Source of the DNA: Alteromonas sp.
GTDB lineage: Bacteria > Margulisbacteria > Marinamargulisbacteria > UBA6595
Assembly: GCA_964220215.1 (NCBI GenBank)
Contig: CAXPTH010000021.1
Location: 31,826-95,825, forward strand
Direction of reading: 5' to 3'
DNA: 64,000 bases
A program made the position numbers and the translations under genes. The notes beneath the pieces were generated by a model. The model ran no database searches. It worked only from the letters and a program-made list of their open reading frames with translations, and was not told the DNA's origin. Positions 20,329 through 28,526 of this stretch are shown piece after piece; within the stretch, counting starts at the first letter, position 1; every line of letters begins with the position of its first letter.

Positions 20329-20958
20329 CTATTTTGTCTTATTATAATACTCAGCAATAAAGCTCTTATCTAAGACAAATGGAATGTCTTCATACGTGGG
20401 TTTGGTGGTCACAGTTCCCACAGGCTTTTCACTGTCCGTTACGGTTAAGTAATCAGGCAATTCCAATCGTGGGGATTGGCGGGTTTGTTGCACAATAGCA
20501 TTGGCATAATAAGCCTCTACCAATTGCACCGTTGAGCCCACACGAACAACGTACGATGGAATCGTCACCCGTTGCCCATTGACCAATACTTTTTTGTGAA
20601 CAATCATTTGACGCGCCGCCAAAATACTCGGAGCAAATCCCAATCGAAACACAATGTTGTCCAATCGGCTTTCAAGCAAGGTAAAAAAGTCTTCAACCCA
20701 GTTCAAGTGCGTGCCTTTTTTGGACCGCTTCACGAACAATTTAATTTGTCCCTCACGCATCATGTAGTGAAACCGCAATTTTTGTTTCTCAGCCAATCGC
20801 TTGCCAAACTCAGAGGTTGACTGGCGGCTTTTAGGCCCGTGATGCCCCGGTGGATACTTGCGCTTGGCCAACGCCCCCGGGCGGCCCATGCCGGGAAGCT
20901 CAATGCCCAACCGACGTTGTACTTTAAATTTTCGTTTTTTGTTGCCTGAATTTGCCAA
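20329..20958 (-). CDS. rpsD: 30S ribosomal protein S4 (no Zn-binding cysteines)
   Basis: PPGHHG, EKQKLRFHY, LESRLDNIVFRLGFA, ARQ, VNG..V.IPSY; AAGGAG SD then TTG at 20958. Confidence 0.93.
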   Translation of the reverse strand: MANSGNKKRKFKVQRRLGIELPGMGRPGALAKRKYPPGHHGPKSRQSTSEFGKRLAEKQKLRFHYMMREGQIKLFVKRSKKGTHLNWVEDFFTLLESRLDNIVFRLGFAPSILAARQMIVHKKVLVNGQRVTIPSYVVRVGSTVQLVEAYYANAIVQQTRQSPRLELPDYLTVTDSEKPVGTVTTKPTYEDIPFVLDKSFIAEYYNKTK

Positions 20959-21110
20959 AATACACTCCTTATAACTCTTAATTATATAATCCCAAATAGT
21001 CTTGGGTGTTTGTCTGTTTCCATTCAATGAACAGTTGGTAGCAGCCTAGAAAGAACCAATTGCATTGCATTATTGGCTTTATTATGGCATCTTTTACTCA
21101 ATTTTTCAAG

Positions 21111-21596
21111 TTACGACCAACGCGGCCAAATCTCTCGCTTATTGGCATTAAATAGCGAAAACACTAAGTCCTCACACAGTCTTGAATCGCTCAAATACCC
21201 CTGGTAGCCATTCTCAAAGCTACCGGTATTATTCATTATTTTATTAAAAATTAATTCAACCATTGTATTAAACTCATGATCTGGCATTGTTTTGGGGCCT
21301 TCCTGACGCACGCAGTTTTCAATGATTAATTTAATCGCCTGAGTGCTTAAAGTATTACTCAGTGCTTGTGTTGAATATTGTACCGGGATCGGATTCGATA
21401 GCGGTTGCAACGAAAAAGCTCCCGATTCGGACTGTACTTCGGACTGTACTCCAGACTGCACTTCGGACTGTACTTCAATCGACGTACATGGCTTATAGAC
21501 TCGATGATTTCGGATACGTTTAGCCCCCCCCTTGGGCATACCCTTAGGGGCTGCTATAGGCACTGATGGCTTAAATGAGTTAGATACGCTTGGCAT
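21111..21596 (-). CDS. Orphan hypothetical protein with EVQS repeats
   Basis: 161-aa ORF filling the intergenic gap; no family recognised. Confidence 0.5.
   Translation of the reverse strand: MPSVSNSFKPSVPIAAPKGMPKGGAKRIRNHRVYKPCTSIEVQSEVQSGVQSEVQSESGAFSLQPLSNPIPVQYSTQALSNTLSTQAIKLIIENCVRQEGPKTMPDHEFNTMVELIFNKIMNNTGSFENGYQGYLSDSRLCEDLVFSLFNANKREIWPRWS
21426..21476. repeat. 12-bp tandem repeat TTCGGACTGTAC x4 (one variant copy)
   Basis: Read directly; encodes EVQS/GVQS on the minus strand. Confidence 0.9.
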
Positions 21597-21729
21597 AGAA
21601 TAGTTGTTATAAAGTATTTAAAAAATAAGAATTAATGAAAAACGAAATTATAGCAGTGGATCCAGTCGATTTGCAACCCAGCCTCCACCCGAAATAAATG
21701 GCCGTGCATGGTATACTAAACAAAGCATA

Positions 21730-22686
21730 ATGATGACCGACACTTCCTCAGCAATGGCAGCAATTATTGATGCCAATATCAATCGATTAGCCGAAGGGCT
21801 GCGTGCCATTGAAGAATACACTCGGTTTGTGGCTAAAAACAAAGCGTTAACCGATCAATTGGCTGACCTGCGGCATTGCATCCGCCAGCACCCATGCAAT
21901 CATGTGGCGCATTTATCCGCCCGGCGGACCGGCCAGGACCAGCGGGCTGCAGAACCCCCGCCCAAACGCACCGATTGGACCGCCTTGCTTCGGGCCAATT
22001 TCAGCCGCGTGACTGAAGCCTGCCGGGTCTTGGAAGAGTACACCAATGCCGCCCTATTTACGGAAGTCCGGTACGCCGTGTATGACCTTGAAAAAACCAT
22101 TGTGCTCACCCTGCTAAAGCCAACCCTATCGCGCGGGGTTTATGTTATTGCCGATACGGTTGACCCCTTGCTCAAGGCTGCCGCTGAGGGTGCGTGTATG
22201 ATTCAACTGCGGGATAAACACGCTGAAAAACGAACCCTATTTGAAAGAACCCACGCCTTAATGGCACAAAAGCCGTCGATTCCGGTCATTGTGAATGACC
22301 ATATTGACATTGCCATTGCATGCAACGCCGATGGTCTGCATACGGGGCAAGACGACCTTCCCCTCGAAATTATCCGGGATCAGCTGGGCCCCCACAAGCT
22401 GATTGGGCGAACCTGCCATTCGGTTGCGCAGGCCAAGGCGGCTGAAGCCGCCGGTGCAGATTATGTGAGCCTGGGCCCGATTTACGAAACCCCATCCAAA
22501 CCCGGACGCCCCGGCATTGGCCCGGATGCCCTGGCAGATGCCCAGCAATTGCGCATTCCATTTGTGGTCATTGGGGGGATTAATCAAGACACCCTGTCAA
22601 GCATATTGGCCTACAACCCGCCCATGATTGGTGTCATCCGAGACCATGCGCATGTCCGAGAATTAACCCGTCAATTACTGACATGA
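21730..22686 (+). CDS. thiE: Thiamine-phosphate synthase with N-terminal ThiD2-like domain (cyanobacterial type)
   Basis: IIDANINRLAEGLRAIEE...ANFSRVTEACRVLEEY, then QLRDK, VNDH, HTGQDD, TPSKP, IGGI. Confidence 0.9.
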   Translation: MMTDTSSAMAAIIDANINRLAEGLRAIEEYTRFVAKNKALTDQLADLRHCIRQHPCNHVAHLSARRTGQDQRAAEPPPKRTDWTALLRANFSRVTEACRVLEEYTNAALFTEVRYAVYDLEKTIVLTLLKPTLSRGVYVIADTVDPLLKAAAEGACMIQLRDKHAEKRTLFERTHALMAQKPSIPVIVNDHIDIAIACNADGLHTGQDDLPLEIIRDQLGPHKLIGRTCHSVAQAKAAEAAGADYVSLGPIYETPSKPGRPGIGPDALADAQQLRIPFVVIGGINQDTLSSILAYNPPMIGVIRDHAHVRELTRQLLT

Positions 22687-23168
22687 CGACCCAATATTAT
22701 TATATTGCCGACCGAATCTTTCCCAAAGCGCCCATCACATCGGCATGGGTCGCCAGCATTCGCCAACACGCCAATGCAACGCCCCATGGCGACGCCCTGA
22801 TTATCTATCACGTGTCGCACGAACCCACGACAACGCAACTGCGCATTGTCTTGGACTATGCCACACAAACACCCGAAGAGAGCCTGGCGTATTACCATCG
22901 ATTTTTGCAAGCCCTAGCTGAATTTTTTAATGCAGCCCTACCCATCAAATCCCTCAATTTAATTCGAGAGGGCGATGCCTTTGGAACCACCCATGCCGTG
23001 GGGTCAACCTGGGTCCTAGACTTAGCTCTGGACCACTACGACGGGGCCTTGTTTTCAGCCTATGGCGATTGTTATGGCGAGGCCAAAAGCGTCGTGGTTC
23101 AACTCAATGAATTGCACACTGTCGCTCAATTGGCTTGGCAATCGGTTATCGAGACGTATATCCCATGA
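22683..23168 (+). CDS. Hypothetical protein
   Basis: ATGA overlaps on both sides within the operon; no family recognised. Confidence 0.65.
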   Translation: MTTQYYYIADRIFPKAPITSAWVASIRQHANATPHGDALIIYHVSHEPTTTQLRIVLDYATQTPEESLAYYHRFLQALAEFFNAALPIKSLNLIREGDAFGTTHAVGSTWVLDLALDHYDGALFSAYGDCYGEAKSVVVQLNELHTVAQLAWQSVIETYIP

Positions 23169-23989
23169 CCAGTTTATTCATTGTTTGCCTATTTACTGGC
23201 TTAATTCATTTAACTGAAAGTTTGGTTTATTCGTTTCGATTGGCGGGCATCCGAACCCGACAATTGGCCATTGCCCTGTCTTTTGTTACTTCGACGCTAC
23301 TGGTATCTCGATTGTCAAACTTATTTCAAGCGCCGTTGTTGGGCGCCATGGTGGACCGGGCGATTTTAAACCAAGCGGCACCCACCCTGGCCCTCACCTT
23401 TCGGATCGTGATTCTTGCGGCAACCCTGGGGGCCTTGATCGGCCTGATGCTGACACCAACGGCCGTTCGGGTATTTCAAACAGCCGTTGTGTCGTTTCGC
23501 CAACACGGATCGATTATTCGACTGATGCTTAAACTCCGGCATGGGCGCACGTGGACACGGCTCTGGCATCAGTGCCAACGCCCCAAATTTCGCCCAATGC
23601 TTGCGCTACTGGCCCGGTGGCGCTATTTACCCAAGTCCTTTTTATACCTTAATATTTTTGTCACAGCCATCTATACGATTGGGGTTTTATGCGCCCTGTA
23701 TGCGGGAGCCTTGTTGCCTGAATTCCGAGCAACGGCCATTCAATTATCGGGATTAATTAATGGCATGGCAACGATCTTGCTGACGCTCTTTGTGGACCCT
23801 GCCGGTGCCCGAATCACAGACCAAACCTTTCACAATCATCGCCCCGAAGCCGATGTCAAAGCCACGATTGTGTACTTGCTACTGGGTCGACTCATCGGCA
23901 CGGCCATGGTTGCCCAGCTCCTGTTTTTGCCCTTTAGTCATTATTTAGCGACGGTAACCCGGTGGCTTTCCACCTGGTTGGTTCTATGA
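23165..23989 (+). CDS. amj: Amj-family lipid II flippase (DUF2837)
   Basis: RLAGIRT..LA, VSRLSNLFQAP, RATAIQLSGLINGMATILLTLFVDP. Confidence 0.8.
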   Translation: MTSLFIVCLFTGLIHLTESLVYSFRLAGIRTRQLAIALSFVTSTLLVSRLSNLFQAPLLGAMVDRAILNQAAPTLALTFRIVILAATLGALIGLMLTPTAVRVFQTAVVSFRQHGSIIRLMLKLRHGRTWTRLWHQCQRPKFRPMLALLARWRYLPKSFLYLNIFVTAIYTIGVLCALYAGALLPEFRATAIQLSGLINGMATILLTLFVDPAGARITDQTFHNHRPEADVKATIVYLLLGRLIGTAMVAQLLFLPFSHYLATVTRWLSTWLVL

Positions 23990-25956
23990 TTACCAACCCC
24001 TTGGCCTATACCGAAGCCATTCATCAGTTAATTGCGTATACCCTGGCCTATGAATTGGGTACACCAATGGTATCGGATGCGGCGTATGATCAGCTGTATC
24101 AACAAGTTCAACTGTATGAACGCAACAACCCCACCCACATTGCCGAAAACTCCCCCACCCAAACATTTCCCCACACCAATTTATTCCAGCCCTTTCAGCA
24201 TGATCCCAACACCCCCATGATCTCCTTGGCCAATGCCTACACGCGGGATGATTTGACTGCGTTTGACACCCGTATCAAAAAAACCATTCAAGCGCCGGTC
24301 ACCTACTGCCTAGAGCCCAAGCTAGACGGGGTGGCCGTCTCCGTGCATTACGACGCTGGGCGATTGCGTGTGGCCGCCACGCGTGGCAACGGCACCCAGG
24401 GGGACGTGATTACCGCCCATGTTCGAACCATTGATCATTTACCCAAAACGCTACCCGAACCCGTGACCCTGGAATGTCGGGGTGAGTTGTTTATGACCCA
24501 TGCGGACTTTCACGACCTAAATGCACGCAGCGACACCCCCTTTTCAAACCCACGCAATACGGTTGCGGGCACATTGCGACAATTGGATCCGGCGGTCAGC
24601 CAAGACCGGCGACTGTCGATTATCATCTACCAAGGCCTGCCCCAAACGGGGCCATCGATTGACACGCATCATGCCATGATTCAGTGGTTAACCGAGTTGG
24701 GGCTTCCCACCAATCTGCCGCATGTGTCCGTGCACCATACGATTGAATCCGCCTATGCGGGGGTTCAAAATTTCTTTCAGCATGCATCGCTGGGCTATGA
24801 CACCGATGGGTGTGTGATTAAAGTCAATGAATTGGCCGCCCATGCCGAGCTGGGACGAACGGCCAAAAGTGTCCGGTGGGCGGTTGCCTACAAACCTGTG
24901 GCCAAGCGCGCCCTCACCACGGTCACAGCCATTGAGCCGCAGGTGGGTCGAACGGGGGTATTAACACCCGTGGCCCATCTGGAACCCGTGGCAGTTCAAG
25001 GCGTGGTTATTCAACGGGTCTCGTTATACAACTACGATGAAATTGAGCGCTTGAACATTCGTCCGGGGGATCGGGTTGAAGTGGCTCGTGCGGGGGATGT
25101 GATTCCCAAAATTATGGCCGTCGTTTGCCCCAGCTCGGATCCATTGCCCCCACTGCCCACTCAGTGCCCGGTATGTTCCAGCGATGTCCTTCACGATGGG
25201 GCGGCGTTGCGGTGCCCCAATGTGGGCTGCTTGGCCCAGCTCAAGGCCCGCCTCACCCACTACGCAAGTCGGGATGCGCTGAATATTGATGGGTTGGGAC
25301 CGGCCATTATTGAGCAATTGGTGGATACCCAGTTGGTGCATCGATTATGCGACTTATACACGGTGTCGGTGGACCAATTCATGCAGTTGGATAAGTTGGC
25401 CGAAAAATCAAGCCGGCAGTTGGTGGATGCGATTGCGGCCACCCAAACGCCCACCTTGGGCACGTTTTTATATGCCATGGGCTTGCCGGGTGTGGGAGCA
25501 ACCGTAGCGCGGCAATTGGCCCACCACTTTCAAACCCTGGATGCCCTATTGGCCACCCAGGCTGAGGCGTTGGTTGAATTGGACGGCATTGGGGAGCGGC
25601 TGGCCAGCGCCATTGTCAGCCAATTGCCAACCCTGCGTCAGGTATCCGATGAACTGTATGCGGTAGGCCTTCGAATTCAATCCCCCACAGCATCAACCCC
25701 TACGCCAGAGACACCGTTTACCAATAAAACCGTGGTGATTACCGGAACATTGGCCACCCTAAGCCGCAAAGACGCTGAGGCGATGGTGCTAAACTTGGGG
25801 GGACAGATCGGCCAAACCGTGAGCAAAAAAACCGATATCGTGGTGGTTGGCGAATCCGCCGGAAGCAAAGCCAAAAAAGCCGCCGATCTGCAAGCCGCCG
25901 GGGTTCCTATCGTCATCTGGGATGACGCAACGTTTTGTCAGAAACTAAACAGTTAA
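23986..25956 (+). CDS. ligA: NAD-dependent DNA ligase
   Basis: EPKLDG, TRGNG, NPRN, QVGRTG, AGDVIP, Zn finger, HhH and BRCT domains. Confidence 0.96.
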   Translation: MITNPLAYTEAIHQLIAYTLAYELGTPMVSDAAYDQLYQQVQLYERNNPTHIAENSPTQTFPHTNLFQPFQHDPNTPMISLANAYTRDDLTAFDTRIKKTIQAPVTYCLEPKLDGVAVSVHYDAGRLRVAATRGNGTQGDVITAHVRTIDHLPKTLPEPVTLECRGELFMTHADFHDLNARSDTPFSNPRNTVAGTLRQLDPAVSQDRRLSIIIYQGLPQTGPSIDTHHAMIQWLTELGLPTNLPHVSVHHTIESAYAGVQNFFQHASLGYDTDGCVIKVNELAAHAELGRTAKSVRWAVAYKPVAKRALTTVTAIEPQVGRTGVLTPVAHLEPVAVQGVVIQRVSLYNYDEIERLNIRPGDRVEVARAGDVIPKIMAVVCPSSDPLPPLPTQCPVCSSDVLHDGAALRCPNVGCLAQLKARLTHYASRDALNIDGLGPAIIEQLVDTQLVHRLCDLYTVSVDQFMQLDKLAEKSSRQLVDAIAATQTPTLGTFLYAMGLPGVGATVARQLAHHFQTLDALLATQAEALVELDGIGERLASAIVSQLPTLRQVSDELYAVGLRIQSPTASTPTPETPFTNKTVVITGTLATLSRKDAEAMVLNLGGQIGQTVSKKTDIVVVGESAGSKAKKAADLQAAGVPIVIWDDATFCQKLNS

Positions 25957-26119
25957 GGAACCACTGCTCGTTACTATACGGCTTCCCCTTCGATACACTT
26001 GCTGCCGCAATCACTCAGGGAGCGGACTCACTTGTTTGAATTTTTCAATTTAAATCACCCGTTTCGCAACAGTCCCCATATTGGCTTAGTGTGTTGTGGC
26101 ATGGTGGGGGGGGTCATAG

Positions 26120-26158
26120 ACCACCCCGCCCTTCGGGCACCCCTCCACGGGAGGGGAA
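26120..26158 (+). repeat. REP-like GC-rich double hairpin, copy 1
   Basis: ACCACCCCGCCCTTCGGGCACCCCTCCACGGGAGGGGAA. Confidence 0.9.
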
Positions 26159-26284
26159 TTTTTTTTAAGTGGTACACCAACGTTAATCATTAACTCCCAC
26201 TCCATTTATTATTCCCATCCCATGGAGGGGATTTTTTTTAAGTGGTACACCAACGTTAATCATTAACTCCCACTTCATTTATTA
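26159..26284. repeat. Two copies of the ~74-bp tandem unit
   Basis: AAGTGGTACACCAACGTTAATCATTAACTCCCAC begins at 26167 and 26240. Confidence 0.92.
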
Positions 26285-26678
26285 TTCCCCTCCCATGGAG
26301 GGGTGCCCGAAGGGCGGGGTGGTTCTTTAAAACCGCCAAAACTGTATCCATATCTTGCAAAATGTCTTTTACGTTAATACGGATCACCGTTAATCCTAAA
26401 CCATTTAGAAACGCATCACGCTCGGCATCGTAATCTTCACGGCCTTGGTGTGAGGCGCCATCGGCTTCTATAACTAACGATTTTTCAGCACAATAGAAAT
26501 CAACAATATAGTGACCTATAATTTTTTGGCGATCAAAATCTAGCCCTTTTAATTGCTTTTTCTTGAGTTGATTCCACAGTAAGGCTTCGTGCAACATGCC
26601 CGATTTACGAAGTTCTTTAGCGCGTTCTTTGAGTTTGGGGTTATAGGGGAGAGATTTGTAGTTTTTTGTTTGTCTCAT
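26256..26678 (-). CDS. DUF559 / Vsr-like endonuclease domain protein
   Basis: LPYNPKLKERAKELRK, EALLW, FDRQKIIGHYIVDFYC, IEADGASH, DAERDAFL..LGL.VIR. Confidence 0.88.
   Translation of the reverse strand: MRQTKNYKSLPYNPKLKERAKELRKSGMLHEALLWNQLKKKQLKGLDFDRQKIIGHYIVDFYCAEKSLVIEADGASHQGREDYDAERDAFLNGLGLTVIRINVKDILQDMDTVLAVLKNHPALRAPLHGRGIINEVGVND
26285..26323 (-). repeat. REP-like double hairpin, inverted copy inside the DUF559 3' end
   Basis: TTCCCCTCCCATGGAGGGGTGCCCGAAGGGCGGGGTGGT is the reverse complement of copy 1 apart from one loop base. Confidence 0.9.
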
Positions 26679-26680
26679 AG

Positions 26681-26719
26681 ACCACCCCGCCCTTCGGGCA
26701 CCCCTCCACAGGAGGGGAA
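26681..26719 (+). repeat. REP-like double hairpin, copy 3, abutting the DUF559 start codon
   Basis: ACCACCCCGCCCTTCGGGCACCCCTCCACAGGAGGGGAA. Confidence 0.9.
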
Positions 26720-27024
26720 TTTTTTTTTAAGTGGTACACCAACGTTAATCATTAACTCCCACCCCATTTATTATTCCATCCCATGGAGGGGAATTTTTTT
26801 TAAGTGGTACACCAACGTTAATCATTAACTCCCACTCCATTTATTATTCTCCTCCGATGGAGGGGAATTTTTTTTTAAGTGGTACACCAACGTTAATCAT
26901 TAACTCCCACCCCATTTATTATTCCCTCCGATGGAGGGGAATTTTTTTTTAAGTGGTACACCAACGTTAATCATTAACTCCCACTCCATTTATTATTCCC
27001 TCCGATGGAGGGAAATTTTTTTTT
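26720..27024. repeat. Four tandem copies of a 73-75-bp multi-palindromic unit
   Basis: Core begins at 26729, 26802, 26877 and 26951; each unit ends in an (imperfect) CCTCC-N3-GGAGGG hairpin plus a T run. Confidence 0.95.
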
Positions 27025-27145
27025 GAATCCAGCTCGATGACCCACTGGAAACTGCGACTTTGCGCAGTGTGACGAATAAAAAAGGTCTTCTTCTGCACAG
27101 TGTGACGCGAGGCGGTTATTTTTAGTCCAGTCAATGCCATCCATG

Positions 27146-27751
27146 CTACAGGTCCTCCGTCTTGAATTCGCTATAGCCTTCGTAAAAATAACTCACATCA
27201 ATGCCCTCCATAAACAAAGAACGATCATCAACTTGGCCGGTGAGTGCGGTTTTTAGCAGGGCTTTGATTTCCAGATCTTTCACCACACTGCGCTCCATGG
27301 CTGAAAGATAGTTTTCTTTGTCGGCTTGGTTCCAATCGATAACCTGTTTTATTTCTTGCTTGAGTATTAAATCTAGCCAAATGCGAGTCGTTCGGCCATT
27401 TCCTTCTCTGAACGGGTGCGCAATATTCATTTCGACATATTTTTGGATGATCTCATCAAAATGACTCTGGGGCATAGCATCAATATGGTCTAAGGAAGCG
27501 CTAAGGTACATCACTGGCACAAATCGAAAGCTACCCTTTGAAATATTTACGTCGCGCATTTTTCCTGCAAAGTCGTAAATGTCTTCAAAAAGATAGGCAT
27601 GAATAGTAGATAGCCCCTTGAACGACCCGACTTCTACATTGTTGATATCACCAGAGTCAAAAAGCTGTTTGGCCTTTTGTTTGCTTATTTTTTCTTCTAA
27701 TTTGGCTAGTTCAACCTGATTCGTGATGCCTAATTTATTTTTCAGTATCAT
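27146..27751 (-). CDS. fic: Fic-domain AMPylase, class III (NmFic-like)
   Basis: Active site HPFREGNGRTTR; C-terminal inhibitory motif SYFYEG. Confidence 0.9.
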   Translation of the reverse strand: MILKNKLGITNQVELAKLEEKISKQKAKQLFDSGDINNVEVGSFKGLSTIHAYLFEDIYDFAGKMRDVNISKGSFRFVPVMYLSASLDHIDAMPQSHFDEIIQKYVEMNIAHPFREGNGRTTRIWLDLILKQEIKQVIDWNQADKENYLSAMERSVVKDLEIKALLKTALTGQVDDRSLFMEGIDVSYFYEGYSEFKTEDL

Positions 27752-27924
27752 GCGGGTTCTCCCTCAATCTCCACTACAATCGCATCAATATCCGCACGCA
27801 GGTGATAAAACAGGGTACCTAAAACATATTGCTTAAAATCCCAGCCATCAACAGCACCGCGAACATCGTTCGCAATTTTCCATATCTGGCTTTGTAGTGA
27901 GGCTCGTTGCTGTGTATTTGTCAT
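27748..27924 (-). pseudogene. hsdM: Internally deleted type I R-M methyltransferase (58 aa, N- and C-termini fused in frame)
   Basis: My translation: MTNTQQRASLQSQIWKIANDVRGAVDGWDFKQYVLGTLFY|HLRADIDAIVVEIEGEPA*; AAGGAG SD; ATGA overlap with fic. Confidence 0.85.
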
Positions 27925-28096
27925 GGTCTTTCTCCTTATTATTGGCTCGGTTGACTACCCGTTAGATTTAGCATGGCTTTAGACACCGCAATTTCCTAAA
28001 CATTATATCCTAGTTTACATTAAATAATTGGCAGTCGTAAGTGTTTTTACTTTAGCCTAAACGCGGCCCCAATCAGATTTTCAATCTGAACAAAAG

Positions 28097-28522
28097 CTAA
28101 ACAATATCAAATGGAATATAGCCGTTGTATTTAAATGCGGTCATCAAGTCGGGGTTCACAAATAAATAGCTATGGCGTTGAATACGGTACTGGCCCCAAT
28201 CGCATTGGGAAATTTCTTGAAAGGACTCGCACCGAACCGCCACACAATCATTGGTAAACGGACTGTGGACCACCAGCGCATCCAGACTCTCACCACTGGT
28301 TTTATGGGTCATTTTAATCAAATCCCACTCAAAAATATACTGACTATTTTTGTCTTTAACCGTGCTATACGCATCTTTGTGTTCATACGCAATGGCATCC
28401 CCCGCCCACCACAGCAAATCCGTCGAATAATAGTGCAGGGTGGGCGATACATAGCGCATATAACCCACAATATGATCCCCATTGCGCAACCGAAACAACG
28501 AGTACGCTTGTGTATCCAGCAT
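28097..28522 (-). CDS. Hypothetical protein with a YopX-like motif
   Basis: YSTVKDKNSQYIFEWDLI resembles the YopX motif QYTGLKDKNGKEIYEGDIV. Confidence 0.5.
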   Translation of the reverse strand: MLDTQAYSLFRLRNGDHIVGYMRYVSPTLHYYSTDLLWWAGDAIAYEHKDAYSTVKDKNSQYIFEWDLIKMTHKTSGESLDALVVHSPFTNDCVAVRCESFQEISQCDWGQYRIQRHSYLFVNPDLMTAFKYNGYIPFDIV

Positions 28523-28526
28523 CCGG

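Noticed and set aside
26114..26719. Classical IS element
   Set aside because: No DDE, HUH or serine transposase motifs, and no terminal inverted repeats with a target-site duplication enclosing the ORF.
25999..26828. ORFs 25999-26193 and 26589-26828 with identical C-termini
   Set aside because: The identity comes from reading through the DNA repeat; no evidence they are coding.
26159..27024. CRISPR array
   Set aside because: Units are near-identical along their whole length, with no unique spacers, and there are no cas genes in the window.
28097..28522. Prophage suggested by the YopX-like gene
   Set aside because: No other phage genes nearby; the gene sits at the end of a metabolic operon.
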